DNA of 9,715 bases from Paraspadella gotoi. Lineage: Eukaryota; Animalia; Chaetognatha. Below, in pieces: positions 1 to 7,425 of this stretch. Each line of letters opens with the position of its first letter. Positions within the stretch are counted from its first letter, which is position 1. Made by a program: the position numbers and the translations under genes. The notes under the pieces are model-generated. The model searched no databases, was not told where the DNA came from, and saw only the letters and a program-made list of their open reading frames with translations. Location: positions 1-9,715 of the forward strand of contig JBJCIZ010000233.1 of NCBI GenBank assembly GCA_051294375.1, in the 5' to 3' direction.

Positions 1-3000
1 TGCGGGAATGATTGTGGGCGTTGCCGGTGGAGGCGGTGGCGCTACAGGCGGTGTCTCGGGAGGTGGANNNNNNNNNNTGGGGGGGCGTCCGCGTCGTGGC
101 GCCTGTGGAGGCGGCGGAGGCGGGACGGAGGCGTCAATGACCGCTGGCTTCAGGCGGTCGACAGAGATCGTCTCCACCCCTCGTCCTGGTATTTCTACTT
201 TAAAGGTTTTGTTGCTTCGTTCAACGACCATGTACGGGCCGTCATATGGTGGCTGGAGAGGGGTTGAATGCCCGTCGCGGCGGATATAGACGCGCGTGGC
301 GTCGGCGAGCGTCTCTGGAATTTGAGGAGGCGGTACTGTGTGCCAGGCTGTTGGGAGAGGCTGCATAAGAGCGACATCCGTGCGTAACTCTTCGAGAATG
401 CGCGCTCGGGCGTCGGCGTCAGCGTCAGTCGCCGGGACCGGAAGTAGCTGTCCTGGGAGCGTCAGCGTCTCTCCCAGCGCCAACTCGGCCGGGGAGATGT
501 CTGTGTCGTCTCTTGGTGTTGCACGGAGGCTGAGCAGCGTCCAAGGGAGTTGCTGGAGCCAGTTGTTGCCGGCGGCATCACAACGCGCTCGTAGCGCCGC
601 CTTGAGGGTGCGGTGGAGCCTTTCTACCATCCCATTTGACTGGGGATGGTAAGCCGTCGTAGTGGCGGGGTCAAAACCCACCACCGCTGCCACTTGACGC
701 CACAATTCTGACGTAAATTGCGCGCCTCTATCTGTCGTGACAACAGCAGGGACGCCAAAACGTGAGACCCAGTAAAGGAGGAAGGCATTGGCGATTGAGA
801 CGGCGGAGGTGTCACGCAGTGGCGCCACTTCCGGCCAGCGGGTAAAGCGATCGATGNNNNNNNNNNGGTGGGTGTGACCGGAAGCAGCAGGCAGTGGGCC
901 GACGAGATCGACATGAACGTGAGCGAATCGTTTCGTCGGCGGTTTGAATTGTTGAAGGGGGGCGCGGACGTGTCGCTGGACCTTTGCGCGCTGGCACGTG
1001 TCGCACGCGCCCGCCCATCGCCCGACGTCACTGGAAACAGAGGGCCATACAAAACGTTTTGAAACGAGAGTTTTTGATGCCTTGATGCCAGGATGGCCGA
1101 CGTTATGGGTGGCGTCGAAAATCCGGCGCCTCCATGTCTCAGGAACAAGAGGGCGTGCCCGCGTACTGGAAATGTCGCACACAAGAGAGGCGCGGCCGAT
1201 GGTGATGCATTTAAGGCGGAGCGCAGTGTGGGGATCATTGAGGAGACGATTGNNNNNNNNNNCGTTCTCTTGATCGGCCGCCATCGCCTCCAGGTTGATG
1301 CTGGTTGTGCCAATGGCGTTGNNNNNNNNNNCGACGTCATCTTTTGCACGATCTTCCTCATTGGATTTGACTGGAGAGGTGGATGCTGATGCTGGCGGAG
1401 ATGGCGTGCTTGGGGGGCGGGAGAGGGCATCGGCAACGACATTTGCCTTTCCAGAAATATGTCTAATGTCGCCGGTAAATTCAGCAATTCCCGCGAGTTG
1501 ATACGTTTGGCGCATCGTGTGTGGTTCCGCCTTTTTCCTGATTGCCGGAACGAGCGAGATGTGGTCGCTGTACAACGTAAAACGGCGTCCTTCAACAAAA
1601 GGGCGGAAATGGCGAATGGCTGCGTGGGCGGCGTAAAGTTCCTTGTCGAAAGGAGGCCACTTCCTCTGGGAGCCTTTGAGTGACCTTGAGAAGAACCCAA
1701 GTGGCTGCCAGATGTTGCAAACTTGCTGCTCCAGGACAGCGCCAATTGCGACATCAGAGGCATCGACGGTGAGAGCCAAGGGAGCGCTGTCAATTGGATG
1801 AACCAGGAGGGTGGCGTCGGCAAGGGCATTTTTGATGGCGACAAAAGCGGCCTCCTGCGGCGCCGCCCATTCAAAGGAGCGCCGCTTGCCTTTGAGCAGG
1901 TCGTGGAGCGGAGAGAGGTGGTGGGCTGCATGAGGGATGAAACGCCTATAATAGTTGAGCATTCCCAAAAACCTCTGTAGTTCCTTGGTGGTGGTGGGCG
2001 CGGGCATGCAGCGGATGGCATCGACCTTTGATTGAAGTGGTTTGATTCCATGTTGGTCGACTTGATAGCCAAGAAATTCAAGGCTAGAGGCGCCGAAGAC
2101 ACACTTGGCGCGGTTGACCACGAGGCCATTGTTTGCAAGGGCGTTGAAGACCCGCTTGAGGTCCTCGCGGTGCTCCTCGTGCGAACTTGAAGCTATGAGG
2201 AGGTCATCAAGGTAGATAAAGACATGAGGGATGCCGTTGAGGACGCGATCCATCATTCGCTGAAAGTCTTGGGCTGCATTTTTCAGCCCAAAAGGCATGA
2301 AGTTGAACTCATAGAGACCAAAGGGGGTAATGATTGCAGTCTTGTGGCGGTCTCCCTTGGCAACGGGGATTTGATGATACCCCTTGCAGAGGTCAATCTT
2401 TGAGAATATTGTTTTACCCGCCACGTCTGCATTAAAGTCCATGAGGTGACGTATGGGGTAGCGGTCATCAACAGTGGCGCCGTTAAGGCGCCTGTAGTCA
2501 CCACAAGGGCGGAGGGAGCCGTCTGGTTTGCGCGTGACGTGAAGTGGTGATGCCCAAGCAGATGTGGAGCGGCGTATGATGCCAAGCTCCTCCATCTTCT
2601 GGAATTCTGCCTTGGCGGCGGCAAGTTGGTCTGGGGCAAGGCGCCGGGCGCGGGCGTAGACGGGCGGGCCCTTTGTCGGAATCTGATGTTCTACTCCGTG
2701 TTTTGGCGGTGCGGCGTTGAAGACCAGTTTGGTCAGTTCCGGTCGCTCATCAAGTAGCGCTGAATAGGCGTCGCGGNNNNNNNNNNCGCGAGGAGGCGTG
2801 GTGTGAGCATTGGCGGAGTGGCCGGCAATGACGGTATAGTCATCGAGGTTTAGGAGGATGCGGCGTCGGTGATCGACGCCAAGGTGATGCTCCATCAAGA
2901 AATCCGCGCCGAGGATGGGCGTGGCTACGTCGGCGATGGCGACGAGGTAAGGGTAGGCTCTGGAACCAAGGCGGATCTGCATCTCGCGGATGCCATAAAT

Positions 3001-3267
3001 CTTGATGGGCGTGTTGTTGGCGGCGTGGAGGGTAGGGAAGTTGGCGGCGCTGAGTGCCGCCTTAACGGCGGCGGGGTCTTCGGCTGCCTTTGCGCGATCA
3101 GAGTTTGTGGCAGGGAGGAGGGTGGCCTCGGAACCACCGTCGACGAGCCACTCCACGCCGGCGTCAGGGTCGCGCAGATAAAAAAGTTTAGAGTGAGATT
3201 GGCCGGCGACGCGGGCGACTAGCGGCCGCCGGCGTTGGCATTTGACGCCATGCTGCAGGATGAACCC
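1..3267 (-). CDS. pol: Pol polyprotein (aspartic protease, reverse transcriptase, RNase H, integrase); 3'-partial; in -1 frame relative to gag
   Basis: Manual translation (codon first bases divisible by 3) shows no stop from 3267 to 1, reading through five 10-N blocks. Motifs: WLVDGGSEA, ILGADFL, WASP, RPCGDYRRLN, FSKIDLCKGYHQIP, MPFGLKNA, YLDD, FLGY, VDASD, DKEL, SDH, ADALSR, HNVGH..CDTC, VHVDLVGP, TTDRG, YHPQSNGMVER, PYDGPY. Confidence 0.96.
150..1110 (-). other. Integrase (HHCC zinc finger, DD35E core, GPY/F module)
   Basis: His at 1107 and 1095; CDTC at 1005-994; Asp at 909; Asp at 732 and Glu at 624 (35 intervening residues); GPY at 240-232; then ISVDRLKPA. Confidence 0.94.
1417..1779 (-). 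other. RNase H domain of Pol
   Basis: LTVDASDVAIGAVL, FFSRSL, DKELYA, YSDH, GKANVVADALSR. Confidence 0.93.
2059..2583 (-). other. Reverse transcriptase core domain of Pol
   Basis: Runs from GIIRRSTSAWASP to FLGYQV, with YLDD at 2214-2203. Confidence 0.96.
2851..3186 (-). other. Retropepsin (aspartic protease) domain of Pol
   Basis: LFYLRDPDAGVEWLVDGGSEATLLP ... LHAANNTPIKIYG ... ADVATPILGADFL (ILGADFL at 2916-2896); catalytic Asp codon at 3141-3139. Confidence 0.88.
3202..3246 (-). promoter_or_regulatory. Putative -1 ribosomal frameshift cassette at the gag/pol junction
   Basis: gag and pol frames overlap only in 3267-3219. Heptamer G_UCA_AAU (3246-3240), a 6-nt spacer, then a GC stem GCCGGCG(3233-3227)/CGCCGGC(3208-3202) enclosing the gag UAG. 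Confidence 0.6.
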
Positions 3268-4405
3268 TCACAGCTGCGTGCTTTAGCTCCAAAGACGTAG
3301 TGAAAGATACATCGACTTTCATTGTGAGGAAGAGGGTATTGGGCACGGAGTGTGTCTGCTTGGGATTGTCGCTGGCGTTGTTGTTGTTGTTGAGGTCGGC
3401 GTTGTTGTTGTTGTTGATTCCTTAAGCGGAGTGGAGGTCTTGAGAAGGTCCTTTTGACTGCATTGGCGTATGATGTTGGCGGGTTGGAGGCATCGGAGTC
3501 TGCAAACTCTTCTGGGGGTTCCAGCGGCTCGTCAGAGCTGTCCTCGAATGCCGCGGTAAAACCCACGGCGTTTACCGTTGCTGTTTGGCTTAGAAGTTGG
3601 CCAGAAGGAGTGAAGAAGGTTGTTGCGGTTTTTGCAACAGTGTCGAGGTTGTCTTCTTCCTTGAGGACGTGGTCACGGACTGATGAAGGGAGTGAAGCAA
3701 CAAGGAGAGCCTTAAGAATGTCGTCAATGGTGAGGTTCTGGCTCTGGGACTTTAGGGCGGCCAAGTGTTGGAGGGGAGTGCTTCCCTTCAGCGACGTCAT
3801 CTTGAGGAGTTTGGCGGCGCGTTGCATCTTGGCATCGCCATAAACCTCCTTCAGATGCTTCACCAACCTTGCGTAGGCGCCAGCCGACTTGTCTTTTCTT
3901 ATGTCGGGATTGAGATGGCGATGGCGGTCTGTAGGGATCACCACCGAAAAGGGAGGTGTGTGCCTTTGACGCGGTCATCGACGACGTCGGCAACCTCAAA
4001 GGCGGTGTCGGCCGCTCAAGCCATTCCTCGATGTTGTCGGGGTCGAATGAAGTCAACTTCGGTGTCCTAGGTCGTGGCGGGGGCGGGTCGCCCTCTGGGG
4101 CGGTATCGACGGGGCTTCCCGTGGCCGCCGGCACAGAACCGGATCTTCAGCGGATTGCAGGGAAGAAAACATCGGTGAGTTAGTTCGCGATGCGAATCAT
4201 CTCCGTCAAGCGCCTAATGTCGTCGCTAATTTCATCATTTGTTCTTCAAGGTTTTGAGACGATGCTGACTTGCCCGTTGGTGTGCCCGGGGGTTGGCAGC
4301 AGAAGAACAGGAGCCGCTTGCGGGTGTCGTAGGGTCGAGGAAGGTTCAACCTGCGAGCGCTGAAGTGGGAAGATTTAGCTTCCGTTGACTTTGATTCGCC
4401 GGCAT
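3219..4405 (-). CDS. gag: Gag (capsid-like region, poly-Gln linker, CHCC nucleocapsid motif); 5' half interrupted by several single-base indels
   Basis: Clean frame 3944-3219 ends CIFHYVFGAKARSCEGSSC (C-x2-H-x9-C-x4-C, 3311-3255) then SNANAGGR*. Upstream, PKLTSFDPDNIEEWLER / ADTAFEVADVVDDRVKGTHL resembles the KLPxFxxxxxxxWF..QF gag start but needs frame changes near 4011 and 3950. First ATG after the leader is at 4405 (MPANQSQRK); the start is uncertain. Confidence 0.82.
3377..3416 (-). repeat. (CAA)n tracts encoding poly-Gln in gag
   Basis: Two (GTT)5 runs on the + strand give QQQQQRRPQQQQQR. Confidence 0.85.
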
Positions 4406-4526
4406 AGTCTTTTTTTTTTTTTTTCAAAAAAAAAAATTTTCTTTAATGTGAGAGATAAAAGTTTTGATTTGGAAGAGAAAGTTTTTTCTTTTTTTTTATT
4501 ATTATTTTTTTATTTTTTATTTTTTT

Positions 4527-4541
4527 CGTCGTGGCTCACCA
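4527..4541 (-). promoter_or_regulatory. Primer binding site, tRNA-Trp-like
   Basis: Minus strand TGGTGAGCCACGACG begins 3 nt after the LTR-terminal CA; imperfect match to the Trp PBS TGGTGACCCCGACG. Confidence 0.75.
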
Positions 4542-4586
4542 CCGTGTGGCAGGATTAAATCAGACGAAGTTCAGATCAAAGAATGG

Positions 4587-4592
4587 TTTATT
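4587..4592 (-). terminator. Polyadenylation signal in LTR
   Basis: Minus strand AATAAA about 42 nt before the LTR end. Confidence 0.65.
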
Positions 4593-4641
4593 CCAAAGTA
4601 ATTACAAAGTCATAACAAAAGATGCTGCTAAGTCTACAGCA

Positions 4642-4649
4642 TTTAAATA
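4642..4649 (-). promoter_or_regulatory. TATA-like box in LTR
   Basis: Minus strand TATTTAAA, about 50 nt upstream of AATAAA. Confidence 0.45.
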
Positions 4650-4893
4650 CAAAAGAGAGAGAGAACCGTTATAACGGTCAATCGAGGTCACACGGTTAGT
4701 GAGAGAGATGGAGAGAGAGAGGGAAACAATGGAATTGGTTTCTGCGAGATTTCGAATGAGTGAAAGGTTCTGCCGTGTGGTTACTGCCACATTCATACAG
4801 ATAAACGGATAACTTATTCCAAGTCCCAACCCTTTTAAAATATTTGGCAACAGCCTTCAACTGAATTGTTTTTCTGGCCAAGTAAGTGCGAGA

Positions 4894-5222
4894 GTCAAGT
4901 CAGTCACATAAATGGCACCTTTATGGCGCAATGCCTGGCAATCTTCAAGTCAATGTCAGGTTAGTCAAGTCATGTCAACATGAAACTTTTTTGGCCGAAG
5001 CTGGCATCGTCAAGATCAAGTCAAGTCAAGTCAATGTCAAGTCAAGTCAAGTGAACATGGATCACCTTTATGGCCTATGCCCTGGCATCTTCAGTCAAGT
5101 CCAAGTCAAGTAAGTCAAGTCAAGTCCAAGTCAAGTCAAGTCAAGTCAAGTCAAGCCAAGCCAAGTCAAGCAAGTCAAGTCAGTCAACATGAATCACCTA
5201 ATGGCCGAAATGCTGGCAATCG
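4894..5222. repeat. (CAAGT)n pentamer array interleaved with four degenerate copies of a ~35-40 nt unit
   Basis: CAAGT runs at ~5011-5052 and ~5092-5187; unit ACATGAATCACCTTTATGGC..ATGC.TGGCAATC at ~4906, ~4978, ~5055 and ~5188. Confidence 0.85.
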
Positions 5223-5471
5223 TGATGTTCATTTCTCCTTTTTCGCTTTTTCTGTTGCGTGACGAGAATAATCGAGGAGTCTCCATTGGTCTTCGCGTTG
5301 TTGTTGTTTTCGTCGTCAATCAGTCGTCGTCGTCCTCATGGTTGTTGTCGTTGTAATCTACGTCGCGTCATCTCTTGGTTTTCGTCGGTCGTCGTCGTGT
5401 GTTGTTGTCTTTGTTTTGTGTTGTCGTTGTTGTCTTCGTTGGACGGCGGGTCTTCGTCTTCACGATTTTCT
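5198..5471 (-). CDS. Putative exon of an unidentified host gene (Asp/Asn/Glu-rich, with a basic KKRKRR cluster); indel-disrupted
   Basis: Acceptor TTTTAACAATAATCAG| at 5472/5471; ENREDEDPPSNEDNNDN ... DDENNNNAKTNGDSSIILVTQQKKRKRRNEHHDCQHFGH* with frame changes; GC-richer island in AT-rich DNA. Confidence 0.45.
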
Positions 5472-6111
5472 CTGATTATTGTTAAAAGTTAAGATGAATT
5501 TAATTATCAAAAAGTATTAAAATTATAATAATATAATGAAAAAATATTATGTGAAATAAACAAACAAGCTAAAGTTATATAAAAGTGATGGAGGCCTTAA
5601 ACGCACCAAAGCCTGTCCAAAGTCAGCAAGGCGATTGCTATTTATTAATGAATGGACCAAATTTTTATATTGGTTGTACAATTTCATAAAATAAACAAAC
5701 AAGCAAAAGAGATATTACGCGGGCCAAATCTTGCATTTAAAACTGTTAAACTTCGCGCAGTTTCGGGGAAGCTACTAATAAGTTCAACGCCACTGATCGC
5801 CCTGTGGGCCGGGCTTCGCCGGGGATCTTATTACCAGGCATATCTCACCGCCCTAATTCATGACGGGACGAGAAAATGGCCCACTCTTTCTCGGATCGAG
5901 CTTCGCAATCTGCGATCACCACTCAAAAATCGAGGAGGGGATTCTCCGTAGTGGTTTAAATATGAACAGTTTAGTTGTAGGGAACATGCAGAGTGATGTG
6001 ACAAACTGTCCCCTTATTGCGCAAAAGTTCGAAACTGAGCGTTTATGAGCCGCGTCATACTTGATCTAAAATTCCATTATTTTCCAAAACGTAAGCGCCT
6101 CTTCCCCTACT

Positions 6112-6360
6112 TCTAATCCCTAAACTTAATTTTGAACATAATGTTTAAACATCAATTTTTTTCTTAATGCATTTATTCGAATCCCGAAGCCACTCATCCC
6201 TAAACCATAGCTTATATAAACTTAATCTTTATTCGAATCCCAAATAACCTTATCTCCTAACCCTGTAAATCCTAAATCCAAATCCAAAACTCTAAACCAA
6301 TCCCTAACCTTATCCTCAAACCCTTAATCCTCATTGCTTTCCTTTAACCCCTAACCTATC
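6112..6360. repeat. Degenerate CCCTAA(A/C)-like tract with an internal 56-nt-spaced duplication
   Basis: Many CCCTAAAC/CCCTAACC/ATCCTAAA variants; TTTATTCGAATCCC at 6172-6185 and 6228-6241. Confidence 0.6.
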
Positions 6361-6634
6361 AATCGAGAGGAATCAAACTCAAAACGAAATCGGATCAGCG
6401 ACTCGAATAAAATCGCCGCCGGAACGCAGAACTCTGCTTCATTGGTCGAAAACCAAATTGAGCCGGTCAATGATTGGATGTTCTTTCATACCGCCACCGA
6501 TTTTATACTCATTACCTCTCATCCAGCAGGCATTGTTAAATTTTAATATTAAAAAAAAAAAAAACCGATTCCAAAATTCTTAAAATTTTAACCCGAAAAG
6601 CGAGGGGCTTCGGAAATGACGCCGAGACAATAAC

Positions 6635-6994
6635 CTGGTTTCCTCTTCGCGGTTTATTTCTTCTCCTAATGAATTTCTTGCAATTTAAAACCGAAGTCGA
6701 GACTCTTCCCACAAATGCTCTCCTCCCTCCTCCTCCTCCTCCTCCTCCTTCTTCGTACCTCCTTCCATCCGAATCCGAAACCAGCCCGCCGCCGAAGAGA
6801 CCGCCGCCGAAGAATCCCCGCCGCGAGTCCGCACCGGAAGTTGGCGTTCTCATCGGCCGTTGGCGAGGCCCGACGCGTCGGCGTTCCAGTTCATCTCCGG
6901 CTCTTCTTCTCCACGGTGACTACCGAGTGTTCGGAGTCGAGATCGCGCGACGTCCGACCCGCCGGTTTGGGGACGATGAAGAGGCGGCAGGTGA
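6635..6994 (-). CDS. Putative exon of the same host gene; indel-disrupted
   Basis: Pyrimidine-rich acceptor TTTCACTCTTT(C)nAG| at 6995/6994; donor CAG|GTTATT at 6635/6634; starts TCRLFIVPKPAGRTSRDLDSEHSVVTVEKK, includes a (GAG)n run, ends GEEINREEET. Confidence 0.5.
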
Positions 6995-7138
6995 CTGGGG
7001 GGGGGGGGGAAAGAGTGAAATACAAGGAATTTTGTAAAAAAACTTTTATACATTTAAAAAGAGAAAGCAATTTTCGCTTCTCCGTGAAAGATAATTAATG
7101 AATACTTTAAAAAAAAATATAAGTTAAATAAAATGAAA

Positions 7139-7210
7139 TAAAGAAAGAAAAAAGGAAAGAAAGAAAGAAAAGAAAGAAAGAATAAGAAAGAAAGAAAGAA
7201 AGAAAGAAAA
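7139..7210. repeat. (AAAG)n microsatellite
   Basis: Imperfect AAAG run. Confidence 0.9.
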
Positions 7211-7218
7211 TATCATAT

Positions 7219-7360
7219 AATCAATCGATGCAACGGCAAGTCAATAATCAATAAATCAATCAATCAGTCATAAGCATTTAAAAATAAACACTAAAGTCGA
7301 TGAACTTACTCCAAGTAAATCAATCAATCAATCAAATCAATCAATCATCACAATCAAATC
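7219..7360. repeat. Degenerate (CAAT)n microsatellite (recurs at ~7585-7670)
   Basis: AATCAATCAATC runs. Confidence 0.7.
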
Positions 7361-7384
7361 ATTTTAAAAATATGATAGAGCAGG

Positions 7385-7425
7385 TATTGTATTGTTTTGT
7401 ATTGTATTGTAAGCGAACTGTATTG
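7385..7425. repeat. Short (TATTG)n microsatellite
   Basis: GTATTGTATTGTTTTGTATTGTATTGT. Confidence 0.7.

Larger units (their letters stand above)
1..4791 (-). mobile_element. Ty3/Gypsy LTR retrotransposon, CsRn1-like lineage; 3' end lies beyond the left edge of the window
   Basis: Minus-strand order is LTR, PBS, gag (CHCC motif), then pol with PR-RT-RH-IN domain order (the Gypsy order). A CHCC gag, Trp-like PBS, short LTR and GPY/F integrase tail are typical of CsRn1-clade elements. Coding part is visibly GC-richer than the flank. Confidence 0.95.
4545..4791 (-). repeat. 5' LTR (247 bp)
   Basis: Perfect 8-bp terminal inverted repeat TGTGGCAG (4545-4552) / CTGCCACA (4784-4791); adjacent to the PBS; contains TATA-like and AATAAA motifs in the expected order. 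The second LTR is outside the window. Confidence 0.85.

Noticed and set aside
624-2138. The 504-aa ORF as the main gene of the region
   Set aside because: All RT, RNase H and integrase motifs are in a different frame; retained only as a possible overlapping frame.
3219-3221. Stop-codon readthrough as the gag-pol mechanism
   Set aside because: The frame after TAG (SPASPANLTL...) has no protease motif; pol is in the -1 frame.
8-4183. Plus-strand ORFs over the element (8-289, 338-652, 868-1062, 1093-1389, 1459-1683, 1723-1980, 2869-3222, 3454-3843, 3956-4183 and others)
   Set aside because: Antisense shadows of GC-rich gag/pol coding sequence; no motifs, many with non-ATG starts.
4906-5222. 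CRISPR-like repeat-spacer array
   Set aside because: Units are degenerate, the intervening DNA is CAAGT microsatellite rather than unique spacers, no cas genes, eukaryotic context.
4886-5492. Plus-strand ORFs 4886-5113, 5077-5262 and 5259-5492
   Set aside because: Translations of microsatellite or the antisense of the Asp/Asn-rich exon.
5652-6048. Plus-strand ORFs 5652-5951 and 5860-6048, and a possible tRNA/SINE near 5945
   Set aside because: No recognisable motifs or splice support; no convincing A/B boxes or cloverleaf.
6669-7098. Plus-strand Pro-rich and Leu-rich ORFs
   Set aside because: Driven by the (CCT)n run; splice signals and neighbouring exons favour the minus strand.
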